A stretch of DNA of 64,000 nt, from the NCBI GenBank assembly GCA_947466425.1, contig CANIBZ010000008.1, positions 6,406-70,405 on the forward strand, read 5' to 3'. The DNA is from Flavobacteriales bacterium (GTDB lineage: Bacteria > Bacteroidota > Bacteroidia > Flavobacteriales_D > Sanyastnellaceae). The notes beneath the pieces are model-generated. The model did not search any database, was not told where the DNA came from, and worked only from the letters and a program-made list of their open reading frames with translations. The translations under genes were made by a program, and so were the position numbers. How positions within the stretch are numbered: position 1 is the first letter of the stretch; every line of letters begins with the position of its first letter. Below, one piece after another: positions 56,737 through 64,000 of the stretch.

Positions 56737-57529
56737 AGGTCAAAGAAATTTGAGGCGTTACACCGAGTTGCGGATTAACAACTGCAGCCGCATCGAAAGA
56801 GCAATTGCGAAACTTCGTTCCGAGCCCCATGGAATATGTTTGCCAGAACGTGTTCATTCCAAATCGAAGAGAAAACACTTCAACAGGAAAATATTCCAAC
56901 CCGAAACTGTAACTCACCGGCGCTTGAGCATTAGTTGTTGAAATGACTTGCGCCGAAAGGGCTACCTGCTCACCGAAGGAATAGGTTGTTCCAAGACGAA
57001 GGGTTGCGGGCAGTTCTTCGCTATTCTTCAAGGCGCTTGCTGGAAGGTCAAGCACCGCGGCCCAACTCCAATCTTTGCGAACGTCATACGTTGCACCTAT
57101 GTTCGCCCAAAGGGTATGGGCCTTCCCGTAACCGTTACTAATTCGGGTGGAAGAATATCCGAGGCTAACCGACGCCTTGAATTTATTCGAAAGGGGTAGC
57201 GCATAACCGAGGTTCATGCGTTGACGATTAAATTCGGTATTCCCATACGATTGGAATACTACCCCCATAACTCCTGTTCCGAAATGTTGCAAAATAGACG
57301 CTCCAGCGTCATTAATTTCCGAAATTCCGTAGGGCATTTGTCCATAAAACGCGTAAGAACTCCCCTTGAATTGAGCAGAAGCCGACAAGTTATTGAATCC
57401 GGCAAAAGCATCGGGTTGTGTAATGGCACTTCCGCTAAGTGCGGCCATTCGGGCACCACAGACATTTTGAGCAAAATTCACACCTACGAATTGCAGCGTG
57501 AAGCAGAGTAAAAAAGGGAAATATTTCAT
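56720..57529 (-). CDS. PorV/PorQ-like outer-membrane beta-barrel protein
   Basis: 269 aa. Signal peptide, and the N-terminal GARMAALSGSA resembles the GARxxALGGA motif of the PorV/PorQ family. It overlaps the HhH gene by 17 nt. Confidence 0.4.
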   Translation of the reverse strand: MKYFPFLLCFTLQFVGVNFAQNVCGARMAALSGSAITQPDAFAGFNNLSASAQFKGSSYAFYGQMPYGISEINDAGASILQHFGTGVMGVVFQSYGNTEFNRQRMNLGYALPLSNKFKASVSLGYSSTRISNGYGKAHTLWANIGATYDVRKDWSWAAVLDLPASALKNSEELPATLRLGTTYSFGEQVALSAQVISTTNAQAPVSYSFGLEYFPVEVFSLRFGMNTFWQTYSMGLGTKFRNCSFDAAAVVNPQLGVTPQISLTYEMEK

Positions 57530-57580
57530 CTATTTAAGTTAATCCAGAAGAGAAAAACTTTCATATTCCAAGAAGCATTG

Positions 57581-57588
57581 TATATTTG
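57581..57588 (+). promoter_or_regulatory. Bacteroidota-type -7 box (TATATTTG) for tRNA-Leu
   Basis: Exact TAnnTTTG match, 12 nt upstream of the mature tRNA 5' end. Confidence 0.5.
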
Positions 57589-57599
57589 CACCGCAACAT

Positions 57600-57681
57600 G
57601 CGCATGTGGCGTAATTGGTAGCCGCGCTAGACTTAGGATCTAGTGCCGTGAGGCGTGGGGGTTCGAGTCCCTCCATGCGCA
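57600..57681 (+). tRNA. tRNA-Leu (anticodon TAG)
   Basis: Hand-folded cloverleaf. Acceptor GCGCATG/CATGCGC, D-arm GCG..CGC, anticodon stem CTAGA/TCTAG with loop CTTAGGA, a long variable arm (GCCGTGAGGC), T-loop GGTTCGAGTCC, and discriminator A. No CCA is encoded. Confidence 0.9.
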
Positions 57682-57685
57682 CTTG

Positions 57686-57718
57686 AAAAGCGGAGGTCAA
57701 CCCTCCGCTTTTGTTTTT
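57686..57718 (+). terminator. Intrinsic terminator after tRNA-Leu
   Basis: AAAAGCGGAGG-tcaac-CCTCCGCTTTT (an 11-bp stem) followed by GTTTTT. Confidence 0.8.
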
Positions 57719-57725
57719 ATCTTTG
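57718..57725 (+). promoter_or_regulatory. Bacteroidota-type -7 box (TATCTTTG) for ileS
   Basis: Exact TAnnTTTG match, 22 nt upstream of the ileS ATG. It shares its first T with the terminator's T tract. Confidence 0.4.
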
Positions 57726-57746
57726 CACTCTATTTTCAAACCTTCC

Positions 57747-60700
57747 ATGGGCAAATACAGGGAAATCAAAGGAATATCGCTTCCACAAATAGCGAACGAC
57801 ATACAAGCATACTGGCAAGCGGAAAACATTTTCCAGCGCAGTATCACTGAACGCGAAGGCGGACAGCCGTTCGTGTTTTTCGAAGGTCCACCTTCTGCGA
57901 ACGGAATGCCAGGCATTCACCACGTTATGGCACGTTCCATTAAAGATATCTTCTGTCGTTACCAAACACTTCTTGGAAAACAAGTTCACCGTAAAGCGGG
58001 CTGGGACACGCACGGACTTCCCATTGAATTAAGCGTAGAAAAAACATTAGGCATTACGAAAGAAGACATAGGTAAAACCATTTCGGTGGAAGAGTACAAC
58101 AACGCTTGCCGCAAGGAAGTGATGAAGTACACCGACCTCTGGGAAAAGTTAACCAAAGACATGGGCTATTGGGTCGACATGAACGATCCGTATGTAACCT
58201 ACGACAACAAATACATTGAAACCGTTTGGTGGTTAATTCAGCAATTGCACAAGAAGAATCTCTTGTACAAGGGCTACACCATTCAACCGTATTCGCCTGC
58301 AGCAGGAACAGGTTTGAGTTCTCACGAATTGAATCAGCCCGGTTGCTACAAAGAAGTAAAAGACACTTCAGCTGTTGCGCAATTCAAATTGATTGATGCA
58401 AACGCAACGCTTAAAGTGAATGCAGATATTCCGGTTTATGTTTTAGCGTGGACGACCACACCTTGGACGTTGCCATCTAACGTGGCGTTGGCAGTTGGCG
58501 AAAAAATTAGTTATTCTATTGTTGAATCGCTCACTCCGTTTGGAAATGAACGTGCTTATTTCGTTGTGGCCTCTGCCCTTCGTGAAAAATATTTTCCCGA
58601 AGCGAACGGAGAAAACTTTGAAGAGTTCAACGCAGGCGACAAGAAAATTCCGAATAAAACAATTTCAGAAATTTCAGGAAAAGAACTTTTGAATCTTCGA
58701 TACGAGCAATTGCTTCCTTTCGTACAACCGAGCGATGGCGATGCTTTCAAGATTATTGGAGGTGACTTTGTAACTACGGAAGATGGAACGGGTATTGTTC
58801 ACATTGCGCCTAGTTTCGGAGCAGATGACTTCCGCATAGCGAAACAAAACGGCATGGGCAATCTAACACTTGTCGATCGTAGAGGACGTTTTCTTCCAGA
58901 AATACAAGACGGTAAATTTTTATTCGGGGAAGAATTCGTGAAAGAAGCCTATTACTCAGACGAAGAGAAAGCTGTTGAGTTAGCGAAACAAAAAGCAAGT
59001 CTTGGAGGAATCATTAAAGACACCGACAAGCTTCAGTATTTGAGTGTTGACGAACGTATTGTGTTGAAACTTCAAACCGAAGGGAAATTATTCAAGAAGG
59101 AAAAATACGCGCACAACTATCCGCATTGCTGGAGAACAGATAAGCCTATTCTCTATTACCCATTGGATTCTTGGTTCATTAAAGTTCCAGAAAAAAGAAA
59201 TCGTTTGGTGGAATTAAACAAAACCATTCAATGGAAACCAGAATCTACGGGCACTGGAAGATTTGGCAATTGGTTGGAAAATGCAAACGATTGGAACCTT
59301 TCGCGCAGTCGCTTTTGGGGAATTCCACTTCCAATTTGGCGCACCGAAGATGGAACAGAGTCGATCTGCATTGGCTCTGTTGAAGAACTCCAAGCTGAAA
59401 TAAAGAAAAGTGTTGCGGCCGGAATTTCAGAAACAAATCAACTTGAAAATTTCCAACCGAACGACCATTCGGTTGAGAATTATAACTTGTTCGATTTACA
59501 CAAACCATACGTAGATAAAATAGTCTTGGTAAGTCCTAGCGGGAAACCAATGCACCGCGAAGCGGACTTGATAGACGTGTGGTTCGACAGTGGAGCTATG
59601 CCATACGCGCAATGGCACTACCCTTTCGAGAACAAAGAAAAAATAGACAACAACCTTTCCTTCCCTGCCGACTTTATTGCAGAAGGAGTGGATCAGACAA
59701 GAGGATGGTTTTACACCTTGCATGCGATTGCAACGTTGTGCTTCGATTCTGTTGCTTATAAAAACGTTATTTCAAACGGACTTGTTTTAGACAAGAACGG
59801 AAACAAGATGTCAAAGCGATTGGGCAATGCGGTTGATCCGTTTGAAACCCTTGGTAAATACGGCCCCGATGCAACGCGTTGGTATATGATCACCAATTCC
59901 GATCCGTGGGATAATTTGAAATTCGATACGGAAGGGATTGCTGAGGTTCAGCGCACCTTCTTCGGAACGCTTTCGAATACGTATTCTTTCTTCGCGTTGT
60001 ACGCCAACATAGATGGATACGAAGCTTCTTCGAATGATCCTGCCATTGAAGATCGCTCAGAATTAGACAAATGGATTTTAAGTAAACTGAATGCCCTTAC
60101 CCTCGAGGTTCAAAAAAATCTCGATGCGTTCGACCCAACTCCGGCAGCGCGCGCTATCGAATCGTTTGTGAACGATCATCTTTCCAACTGGTATGTTCGT
60201 TTAGCGCGCAAGAGATTCTGGCACGGTGAAATGACAGACGATAAACGTGCAGCTTATGCTACCCTTCACGCTTGCCTGAAGCAAGTGGCTCAGCTCATGA
60301 GTCCGTTTGCTCCGTTCTATTCAGATTGGTTGTTCCAAAGCTTGAACAACAGCAACGAGTCGGTGCATTTGTCTCGATTAGAAAACGGAAGTTTCAGAGA
60401 TGAAAATCTTGAAGCCCGCATGGATCTTGCACAACGCATTTCAAGCATGGCGCTTTCCATTCGCAAAAAAGAAAACATCAAGGTTCGTCAGACCCTCGCT
60501 GAAATACGTATTCCTGTTCTTGATGAAACAACACAGTCTCGAATTGAAAGTGTTGCAGATCTTATTTGCAGCGAGGTAAATGTGAAAGCAGTTAAGTGTG
60601 TTGATGAGCAAACCACCAAAATTGTGAAGGATCTTAAATTGAATTTCAAAACACTCGGAAAGAAGTGCGGGAAATTCATGAAGGAAATTCAACAGTTCGC

Positions 60701-61145
60701 CCAAGAAAACGCTCAAGAAATTATTTCTTCGATTGAGAAAACAGGAGAATACCTCTGGTCAAAAGAATCAATTCTGCTTCAAACCGAAGACGTGGAAATT
60801 ATTCCTGTGGACATTCCCGGATGGAAAGTAGCGAACCAAGGCAATCTTACTGTTGCCTTAGACGTTACCATTACCCCTGAATTGAAGGAGGAGGGCTACG
60901 CTCGTGAGTTAGTAAATCGCATACAGAACCTCAGAAAAGAAACCAATTTCGAGGTTACAGATAAAATAATTGTTAAAGTTTCAGGAGAAAACTACCTGAA
61001 TGATGTTTTGAAAAACAATTCTGAATATATTAGCAGTCAAGTACTTGCTTCTTCGCTTGAGTTTGTTCCAGAAATGGATGTGGGTGTCGCGGTTGAATGG
61101 GAAGGTGAAGAAGTGGTACGTTTACTATTAACCAAAAACCTTTAA
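57747..61145 (+). CDS. ileS: Isoleucine--tRNA ligase
   Basis: About 1132 aa. PPSANGMPGIHH (HIGH), KMSKRLGN (KMSKS), and a long class-Ia editing insertion. ATG at 57747 is preferred because the track's 12-codon extension starts inside the terminator. Confidence 0.95.
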   Translation: MGKYREIKGISLPQIANDIQAYWQAENIFQRSITEREGGQPFVFFEGPPSANGMPGIHHVMARSIKDIFCRYQTLLGKQVHRKAGWDTHGLPIELSVEKTLGITKEDIGKTISVEEYNNACRKEVMKYTDLWEKLTKDMGYWVDMNDPYVTYDNKYIETVWWLIQQLHKKNLLYKGYTIQPYSPAAGTGLSSHELNQPGCYKEVKDTSAVAQFKLIDANATLKVNADIPVYVLAWTTTPWTLPSNVALAVGEKISYSIVESLTPFGNERAYFVVASALREKYFPEANGENFEEFNAGDKKIPNKTISEISGKELLNLRYEQLLPFVQPSDGDAFKIIGGDFVTTEDGTGIVHIAPSFGADDFRIAKQNGMGNLTLVDRRGRFLPEIQDGKFLFGEEFVKEAYYSDEEKAVELAKQKASLGGIIKDTDKLQYLSVDERIVLKLQTEGKLFKKEKYAHNYPHCWRTDKPILYYPLDSWFIKVPEKRNRLVELNKTIQWKPESTGTGRFGNWLENANDWNLSRSRFWGIPLPIWRTEDGTESICIGSVEELQAEIKKSVAAGISETNQLENFQPNDHSVENYNLFDLHKPYVDKIVLVSPSGKPMHREADLIDVWFDSGAMPYAQWHYPFENKEKIDNNLSFPADFIAEGVDQTRGWFYTLHAIATLCFDSVAYKNVISNGLVLDKNGNKMSKRLGNAVDPFETLGKYGPDATRWYMITNSDPWDNLKFDTEGIAEVQRTFFGTLSNTYSFFALYANIDGYEASSNDPAIEDRSELDKWILSKLNALTLEVQKNLDAFDPTPAARAIESFVNDHLSNWYVRLARKRFWHGEMTDDKRAAYATLHACLKQVAQLMSPFAPFYSDWLFQSLNNSNESVHLSRLENGSFRDENLEARMDLAQRISSMALSIRKKENIKVRQTLAEIRIPVLDETTQSRIESVADLICSEVNVKAVKCVDEQTTKIVKDLKLNFKTLGKKCGKFMKEIQQFAQENAQEIISSIEKTGEYLWSKESILLQTEDVEIIPVDIPGWKVANQGNLTVALDVTITPELKEEGYARELVNRIQNLRKETNFEVTDKIIVKVSGENYLNDVLKNNSEYISSQVLASSLEFVPEMDVGVAVEWEGEEVVRLLLTKNL

Positions 61146-61150
61146 GACCC

Positions 61151-62140
61151 ATGGCAAAAAAATCTACCCCTGCCAAAAAAGTTGTTGCGAAAAAATCTGC
61201 CCCTGCAAAGAAGGCTGCTCCAGCGAAAAAGATAGTTGCTAAAAAAGCCACTCCTGCTAAGAAAGTAGCACCTGCGAAAAAAGTCGTTGCAAAAAAGGCA
61301 GTGCCTGCAAAGAAAGCTCCTGCGAAGAAAGTAGTTGCGCCTGTGAAGAAGGCCGTTCCTGCAAAGAAAGTAGTTGCACCAGTGAAGAAAGCTGCTCCTG
61401 CCAAGAAAGTAGTTGCGCCAGTGAAGAAAGCTGCCCCTGCGAAGAAAGTAGTTGCACCAGTAAAGAAAGCTGCCCCTGCGAAGAAAGTAGTTGCACCAGT
61501 AAAGAAAGCTGCTCCTGCGAAAAAAGTAGTTGCACCAGTGAAGAAAGCAGCGCCTGCTAAAAAAGTTGTTGCGCCGGTGAAGAAGGTAGCTCCTGCCAAA
61601 AAAGTAGTTGCGCCATTGAAAAAAGTAGAAGTAAAAAAAGTTAAACCAACTCCAGCAGTTACCGCTAAACCAGCGGCAGCGAAGAAACCCGAGGCAAAGA
61701 CAACTGCACCCGTTTACAAGCCTGCTCCAGAGATTAAAAAAGAACCAGTGAAGATGCCAGCAGAACCAGTTAAAGGATTACGCTATTCAGACAGCGATTT
61801 GAAAGAATTCCAAATTTTAATCAAAGAAAAATTAGAACAATCACGTTCAGATTTCGAAGAGTTGAAAGAATCTCTTTCAAGAGAAGGAGACAACAGCACA
61901 GACGATACTTCGCCAACATTTAAAATGATGGAAGACGGAAGCGACACGAACAGCCGCGAAGAGGTTGCTCAATTGGCTTCACGTCAAGAAAAGTTCATCA
62001 AAAACCTAGAGAATGCCCTTCTTCGTATCATGAACAAAACCTACGGTGTTTGTCGTGTTACGGGACAGCTTATTCCTAAAGAACGCCTGCGTTTAGTGCC
62101 TCATGCTACCCTTAGCATTGAAGCGAAGAACATGCAGTAA
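61151..62140 (+). CDS. DksA/TraR-like protein with a long histone-H1-like Lys/Ala/Pro repeat N-terminal extension
   Basis: 329 aa. Residues 1-~205 are AKK/PAKK/VKK repeats. The C-terminal ~120 aa (RYSDSDLKEF...TDDTSPTF...YGVCRVTGQLIPKERLRLVPHATLSIEAK) match the short DksA/TraR-like protein usually found between ileS and lspA in Bacteroidota. Confidence 0.75.
   Translation: MAKKSTPAKKVVAKKSAPAKKAAPAKKIVAKKATPAKKVAPAKKVVAKKAVPAKKAPAKKVVAPVKKAVPAKKVVAPVKKAAPAKKVVAPVKKAAPAKKVVAPVKKAAPAKKVVAPVKKAAPAKKVVAPVKKAAPAKKVVAPVKKVAPAKKVVAPLKKVEVKKVKPTPAVTAKPAAAKKPEAKTTAPVYKPAPEIKKEPVKMPAEPVKGLRYSDSDLKEFQILIKEKLEQSRSDFEELKESLSREGDNSTDDTSPTFKMMEDGSDTNSREEVAQLASRQEKFIKNLENALLRIMNKTYGVCRVTGQLIPKERLRLVPHATLSIEAKNMQ
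61319..61630 (+). repeat. Eight in-frame tandem 39-bp repeats (unit encodes PAKKVVAPVKKAA)
   Basis: Units were read directly. Units 4 and 5 differ at a single nucleotide, and the outer units are more diverged. Confidence 0.9.
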
Positions 62141-62151
62141 GATCTCCTGAA

Positions 62152-62826
62152 GTGAGAAAAGTACTACTGACTATTTTCAGCGTTGTTGCGCTTGATCAAA
62201 TATTAAAAATCTGGATAAAACTCAATTTTCTCTACGGAGAGAATGTGGAGCTTATTTCAGGTTGGCTTGATTTACAATTCGTTGAAAATCCGGGCATGGC
62301 CTTCGGTTGGATGTTCCCTGGAACTTCCGGAAAATTAGCACTTAGCATTTTTCGAATCATTGTCGTTACTGCCATTATCATTTACATCTATAAGCTTACT
62401 AAAAAGAAAACCCATCAAGGATATCTTTTCTGCTTAGCTCTTATTGTAGCGGGTGCATTGGGAAACATTATCGACAGTGCGGCATACGGACTATGTTTCG
62501 ACAAAGGCTCAACCTTCGATCCGCACTTCCAAGATTACACAGCTTATTCAGACACTGCAGCATTTTCTTCATCAGGTTATGCTCCTTTTCTCATGGGTAA
62601 TGTTGTTGACATGGTGCACATTACCAAAGAATTCGATTTTCCAACGTGGTCACCTATTCACGCAGGAGAAAAAGCAGAAATCTTCCCTCCTATTTTCAAC
62701 ATTGCAGATGCTTCTATCTCGGTTGGAATTATTCTCATCTTACTCTTTCAAAGACGTTTCTTCAAGGATGAAGAGGAAGAAATACTCATTGAAGAAGCCG
62801 TCACTGAAGTTGATCCTTCTGCATGA
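62152..62826 (+). CDS. lspA: Lipoprotein signal peptidase (signal peptidase II)
   Basis: 224 aa with 4 TM segments. VENPGMAFG and NIIDS / FNIADASI catalytic Asp regions. GTG start. Confidence 0.9.
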   Translation: MRKVLLTIFSVVALDQILKIWIKLNFLYGENVELISGWLDLQFVENPGMAFGWMFPGTSGKLALSIFRIIVVTAIIIYIYKLTKKKTHQGYLFCLALIVAGALGNIIDSAAYGLCFDKGSTFDPHFQDYTAYSDTAAFSSSGYAPFLMGNVVDMVHITKEFDFPTWSPIHAGEKAEIFPPIFNIADASISVGIILILLFQRRFFKDEEEEILIEEAVTEVDPSA

Positions 62827-64000
62827 AATTGAATCTTTCTATTTCTGAACTGTCCCACATTGTTGGTGGTGAAATCTCAGAGGGGAACAGTAAGAACTTT
62901 ATTCATTCCATTTGTACCGACACGCGCCACACTATAGATGCAGCGCACACGCTATTCATTCCATTAATAGGGGAACACTTCAACGGACATTCGTTTGTTG
63001 AAAGTGCTTTTCAAAAAGGAATTCGCACATTCATTGTGTCGGAAGAAGTTAATCTTCCCAGCGAATGCCTGGTCATTCATGTTGAAAATACAACCGAAGC
63101 TTTTCAAAAAATTGCTGCACATCACCGGAAGCAATTCGACCTTCCTGTAATCGGAATTACAGGAAGCAATGGGAAAACCATTGTGAAGGAATGGATCAAT
63201 CAATTGCTTGCCGATGATTTCTGCATTGCACGAAGTCCAAAAAGTTTCAATTCACAAATTGGCGTTTCGCTTGCCGTTCTTCAACTTGAACCCATGCACA
63301 ATTTGGGAATATTTGAAGCGGGAATTTCTCTTCCGGGAGAAATGAGCGCACTTCTACGCATCATTCAGCCTACAACAGGTGTTTTCACATTTTTAGGAAG
63401 CGCTCACGCTGAAAATTTCTCATCACAAACAGAATTACTTCACGAAAAAATGAAGCTATTTTCTTCCTGTGATACACTCGTAATTCCTTCTAACCTTAAA
63501 TTAAATTTTAGTGGGAATATCATTCGAGTTGGAAATCAAATACAAGACGATTTTTCCATTCGAGAAATAAAATCTTCTTCATCGCATTCCATTGTTTCAT
63601 TTTGTTGGAAAGGGGAAATGTCTTCGGCTGAAATTCCGTTTATTGATACAATTTCCATTGACAACTTTGCGCTTGCGGCAGCAGCAGCTCTGCATCACGG
63701 ACTTTCATTGACTCAATTATCAGAGAAAGCACCACAGTTATTGGCTGTTGAAATGCGCATGCAGCAGTTAAAAGGAATTGGTGGAATGCAATTGTTGAAC
63801 GACAGTTACAGCAACGATTTGACCTCATTGAAACTTGCGCTTCAGCATTTCAACTTGAACATTCAAGCAGAAAAACGTGGTGTTGTCATTTCTGACATTC
63901 TACAAAGTGGAATGAAGGATGACGTCTGGATTGCGCGCGTTTGCGAGCTTATGAATGAATTTCATATCGGCAACATATATGCTGTTGGTGAAATTTTCCT
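62823..64000 (+). CDS. murF: Mur-ligase family, MurF-type UDP-MurNAc-tripeptide--D-Ala-D-Ala ligase (N-terminal 392 codons; continues beyond the window)
   Basis: Not in the ORF track because it has no in-window stop. The ATG overlaps the lspA stop (ATGA). Hand translation gives MKLNLSISELSHIVGG..., VIGITGSNGKT (P-loop), and LLNDSYSN. It may be the MurF-alanine racemase fusion known in Bacteroidota, but the C-terminus is not visible. Confidence 0.75.
   Translation, partial: MKLNLSISELSHIVGGEISEGNSKNFIHSICTDTRHTIDAAHTLFIPLIGEHFNGHSFVESAFQKGIRTFIVSEEVNLPSECLVIHVENTTEAFQKIAAHHRKQFDLPVIGITGSNGKTIVKEWINQLLADDFCIARSPKSFNSQIGVSLAVLQLEPMHNLGIFEAGISLPGEMSALLRIIQPTTGVFTFLGSAHAENFSSQTELLHEKMKLFSSCDTLVIPSNLKLNFSGNIIRVGNQIQDDFSIREIKSSSSHSIVSFCWKGEMSSAEIPFIDTISIDNFALAAAAALHHGLSLTQLSEKAPQLLAVEMRMQQLKGIGGMQLLNDSYSNDLTSLKLALQHFNLNIQAEKRGVVISDILQSGMKDDVWIARVCELMNEFHIGNIYAVGEIF

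Noticed and set aside
57600-57681. tRNA-Leu as an integration hotspot for a genomic island
   Set aside because: There is no integrase, no direct repeat of the tRNA 3' end, and no mobile genes on either side. The downstream genes are the conserved ileS / dksA-like / lspA block.
57539-57916. 125-aa minus-strand ORF
   Set aside because: It runs antisense through tRNA-Leu, its terminator and the ileS start. It is an artefact.
61030-61599. 189-aa minus-strand ORF (MAGATFFTGATTFLAGAAFF...), plus the 92-aa ORF at 61257-61535
   Set aside because: It is the antisense reading of the 39-bp Lys/Ala/Pro coding repeat. Its low-complexity Gly/Ala/Thr/Phe translation is a mirror artefact. The plus-strand gene has conserved context (ileS / dksA-like / lspA) and a recognisable C-terminal domain.
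61319-61630. Regular ~39-bp repeats considered as a possible CRISPR array
   Set aside because: The units are directly abutting with no spacers. They are in frame within a CDS and lack palindromic repeat structure. No cas genes are present in the window.

Overview
Gene-dense chromosomal segment with about 56 CDS, 1 tRNA, and no transposase, integrase, CRISPR or rRNA. It carries Bacteroidota (Flavobacteriia-like) hallmarks: a T9SS C-terminal sorting domain, TAnnTTTG -7 promoter boxes a short distance upstream of start codons, and two blocks I recall as conserved in Bacteroidota (pdxJ / CBS / nadK / OM barrel / uppS / bamA / ompH / ompH / murI, and tRNA-Leu / ileS / dksA-like / lspA / murF-like). 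Most genes are housekeeping: purH, murI, bamA, uppS, nadK, pdxJ, kbl, rnc, fabF, acpP, ileS, lspA, and Xaa-Pro aminopeptidase. The supplied ORF track omits two edge-truncated genes, which I translated by hand. One is a PKD-repeat protein of more than 1185 codons (1-3555, minus). The other is a MurF-type ligase (62823-64000, plus). The accessory content, in my order of interest: (1) A T9SS-sorted secreted protein has a clearly recognisable lysyl-oxidase catalytic domain, with the copper His triad and LTQ Lys/Tyr segments conserved. It lies downstream of a yebC / lipoprotein / beta-barrel gene chain. (2) A DksA/TraR-like protein carries a roughly 200-aa histone-H1-like Lys/Ala/Pro N-terminal extension encoded by 8 tandem 39-bp repeats. 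(3) A degenerate ThiF/MoeB E1-like plus rhodanese gene is translationally coupled to an uncharacterised 440-aa protein at the head of a 14-kb glycan locus. That locus holds a WbpB/D/E-like triad, 5 glycosyltransferases, an acyltransferase-3, a Wzy-like protein and an AsnB-like amidotransferase. (4) An MbnP-like lipoprotein sits in an operon with two tandem di-haem peroxidases and a YkgJ Cys-cluster protein. (5) A YfiR-like / TPR-like / membrane PP2C (SpoIIE) operon has a palindrome across its promoter. (6) A ComEA-type helix-hairpin-helix domain is fused to a large OM-barrel-like protein and coupled to a PorV/PorQ-like barrel. I cannot show that any of these is truly undescribed without database searches. 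All functional calls rest on motif recognition by eye.
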